Shown: positions 62,090-64,000 of the stretch, piece after piece
Layout: every line of letters starts with the position of its first letter
Numbering within the stretch: the first letter of the stretch is position 1
Source: Squalus acanthias
Lineage: Eukaryota
Direction: 5' to 3'
Length of the DNA stretch: 64,000 nucleotides
Assembly (NCBI GenBank): GCA_030390025.1
Contig: CM059432.1
Span: 105,960,001 to 106,024,000 of the forward strand
Made by a program: the position numbers and the translations under genes
The notes under the pieces: model-generated
What the model was told of the DNA's origin: nothing
The model's input: the letters and a program-made list of their open reading frames with translations, nothing else
The model's database searches: none

Positions 62090-62730
62090 CAATAAGGAAT
62101 TCAGGAGAAACGTCTTTACTCAGAGAGTGGAGCGAATGTAGAACCTGCTACCACAAAGAGTAGTTGAGGCGAATAGCACAGATGCATTTAAGGGGATGCT
62201 AAATAAGCACATGAGGGAGAAAGGAATAGAGGATTAGGCCTCAGCTAGAGTATTGTGTACAATTCTGGGCACTATACTTTAGGAAGGATGTCAGGGATGA
62301 GGGACTTCAGTTATGTGGCGAGATTGGAGAAGCTGGGATTGTTCTCCTTACAGCAGAGAAGGTTAAGGAGAGACCTAATAGAGGTATTCAAAATTAAGAG
62401 GGATTTTGATAGAACAAGTAGGGAGAAACTGTTTCTTCTGGCAAGTGGGTCGGTATCCAGAGGTCACAGAATTAAAATAATTGGCAAAATAACTAGAGGG
62501 AAAATGAGGTTTTTTTTCACACAGATGGAATGCACTACCTGAAAGAGTGGTGGAAGTTGCTTCCATAAAAACCTTCAAAAGACAATTGGACATGTGCTTG
62601 AAGAGAACTAATTTGCAGGGTTATGGAGAAAAGGCTGGGGTGTGGGACTAAATTGGACAGCTCTTTCAAAGAGCCAGCACAGGCATGACAGGCTGAATGG
62701 CCTCCTCCTGTGCTGTAAAATTCTATGATA
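62090..62730 (+). mobile_element. CR1 3' fragments
   Basis: RRLRRDLIEVFK; 3' tail. Confidence 0.8.
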
Positions 62731-62888
62731 TGCTGATAGGGTGAGATGAAGTAAGGTGGGAGGAGCCTCATGTGGAGCATAGACCTGTTGGGTCGAATGG
62801 CCTGTTTCTGTGCTGTGAATACTATGTAATACTGTGTAATTTAAATGTTCCATCTCCCCATGGGGGAATGTCCCAGCGAATACACATT

Positions 62889-63500
62889 GGGGGTGAAATT
62901 TTATAGTGCTGAAAAATGGGCACGGGCACCTTGATGCGCGATATGCCTGCGCCCGTTCAAGGAGTGCAGGCAGCACGTCAACTTTGTGCTGCCTAATTAT
63001 AATGATTGTAGTGCACAGCCTAGCGCTGAACGCGTTGCTGACAGGCTGTACGCTCAGCAAGGGGCCGAAGTTCGTGATGTTCAAGCAAGGCTAGTTTTAC
63101 TTAAGGCTAGCCTGCGCCACTTAAAGGCAGTCTGCACTTCTTAAAGGTGAGCTGCCTTCTGCTGATGAAAAATGGTAAAAGTGCTTCTGCACTAATCCAA
63201 ATGGCTCAACAGGCCAGGGAAAGGGCACCCAGGGTCTCGGACGCAGCACTCCAGCTTTCTGCAGGGGGTGCATATAGAAGAGAGGTCCTCTACCCACAGG
63301 GGGCCAAGAGGCCCTCCAGAAAGAAGGATGTGGGACCAGATCGCTGAGGCGGTCACTGCCAGCAGTGTTGACCACAGGACCCGACTCCAGTGCCAAAAGA
63401 AGTTTCATGACCTCAGACGAGTGGTCATGGTCAGTGAATGTATCTTCAAAAGCCATCTCCTACCAACTGCACCACGAACCTCACACACTGCTCAATGCAC
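62889..63500 (+). mobile_element. Harbinger left end with Myb exon, same family as 2215
   Basis: GGGGGTGAAATT terminus; WDQIAEAV..RTRLQCQKKFHDL. Confidence 0.8.
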
Positions 63501-63501
63501 G

Positions 63502-64000
63502 TGTAAGAAATCGTGGATTGAAAGAAGTCTGTTACGGGTTCCCTCGATCAGCAGTTTGCCTAAGTTGATGACACAGAAAGATTTCAGTCATGTCAGAAAG
63601 CTCTACAGAGAGTTGAATTACGAGGTCAGAACACAAAAACAGGCCTTCAAGTGGGCATAGCTAGGCCTGATAAGGGAAGCAGCAAGGAGCTGTAGGATAA
63701 ACAAGCTATCTACGAGAGGGCAACAAGACCTTTAGAACAGAGATAAGGAGGAAAATGACCTCATGAGGCTGGGAGTGGGCTGTCATAGGTAGCCTCTCCC
63801 TTGTAATTGGACAATGGGATGGGTAAAAATGATTGACACCAGGTATCCACCAACCCATCGAAATAAGGTATAAAAACAGACGACCGAGAGAGGAAAACAG
63901 GCAGTTAGGGGTGAAGGCTTCCCCAAGGTGGCTACGGCTAACACCTTGGTCAAGTTTAGCCTCTGAGACGGCCTAACACCTCCAACAGCTCGAGGGATGA
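63502..64000 (+). mobile_element. Probable LTR, cut by the window end
   Basis: Abrupt break in Harbinger homology, starts TG, TATAAAA at ~63869; right end not visible. Confidence 0.45.

Overview
Eukaryotic (vertebrate) genomic DNA, most likely a cartilaginous fish. That inference comes from the repeat complement: abundant CR1, Deu-domain SINEs, Penelope and Harbinger. There is one intact host gene, a 5-exon CCN3/NOV-type matricellular protein gene on the + strand (40805-53041, 341 aa, 38 Cys, signal peptide-IGFBP-VWC-TSP1-CT), with a CCAAT/TATA promoter in a CpG-rich region. The rest is densely nested transposable elements: CR1, L2 and RTE LINEs, two Penelope-like (GIY-YIG) families, PIF/Harbinger elements and MITEs, hAT-type MITEs and a probable LTR. 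Main observations: (1) five minimal hammerhead-ribozyme motifs with covarying stems in Penelope terminal repeats, two of them in a ~240-bp ORF-less palindromic mini-element ~450 bp upstream of the CCN3 TATA box; (2) a spliced SOD1 mRNA fragment captured inside a CR1 ORF2; (3) two RTE copies, both with twin-priming inversions; (4) a single-ORF LINE with a tRNA-like head bearing two tandem anticodon arms; (5) a 5S-rRNA-like module in the 3' region of a second Penelope family; (6) a three-level CR1 nest containing a full-length element. All family assignments are by eye and no database searches were run.
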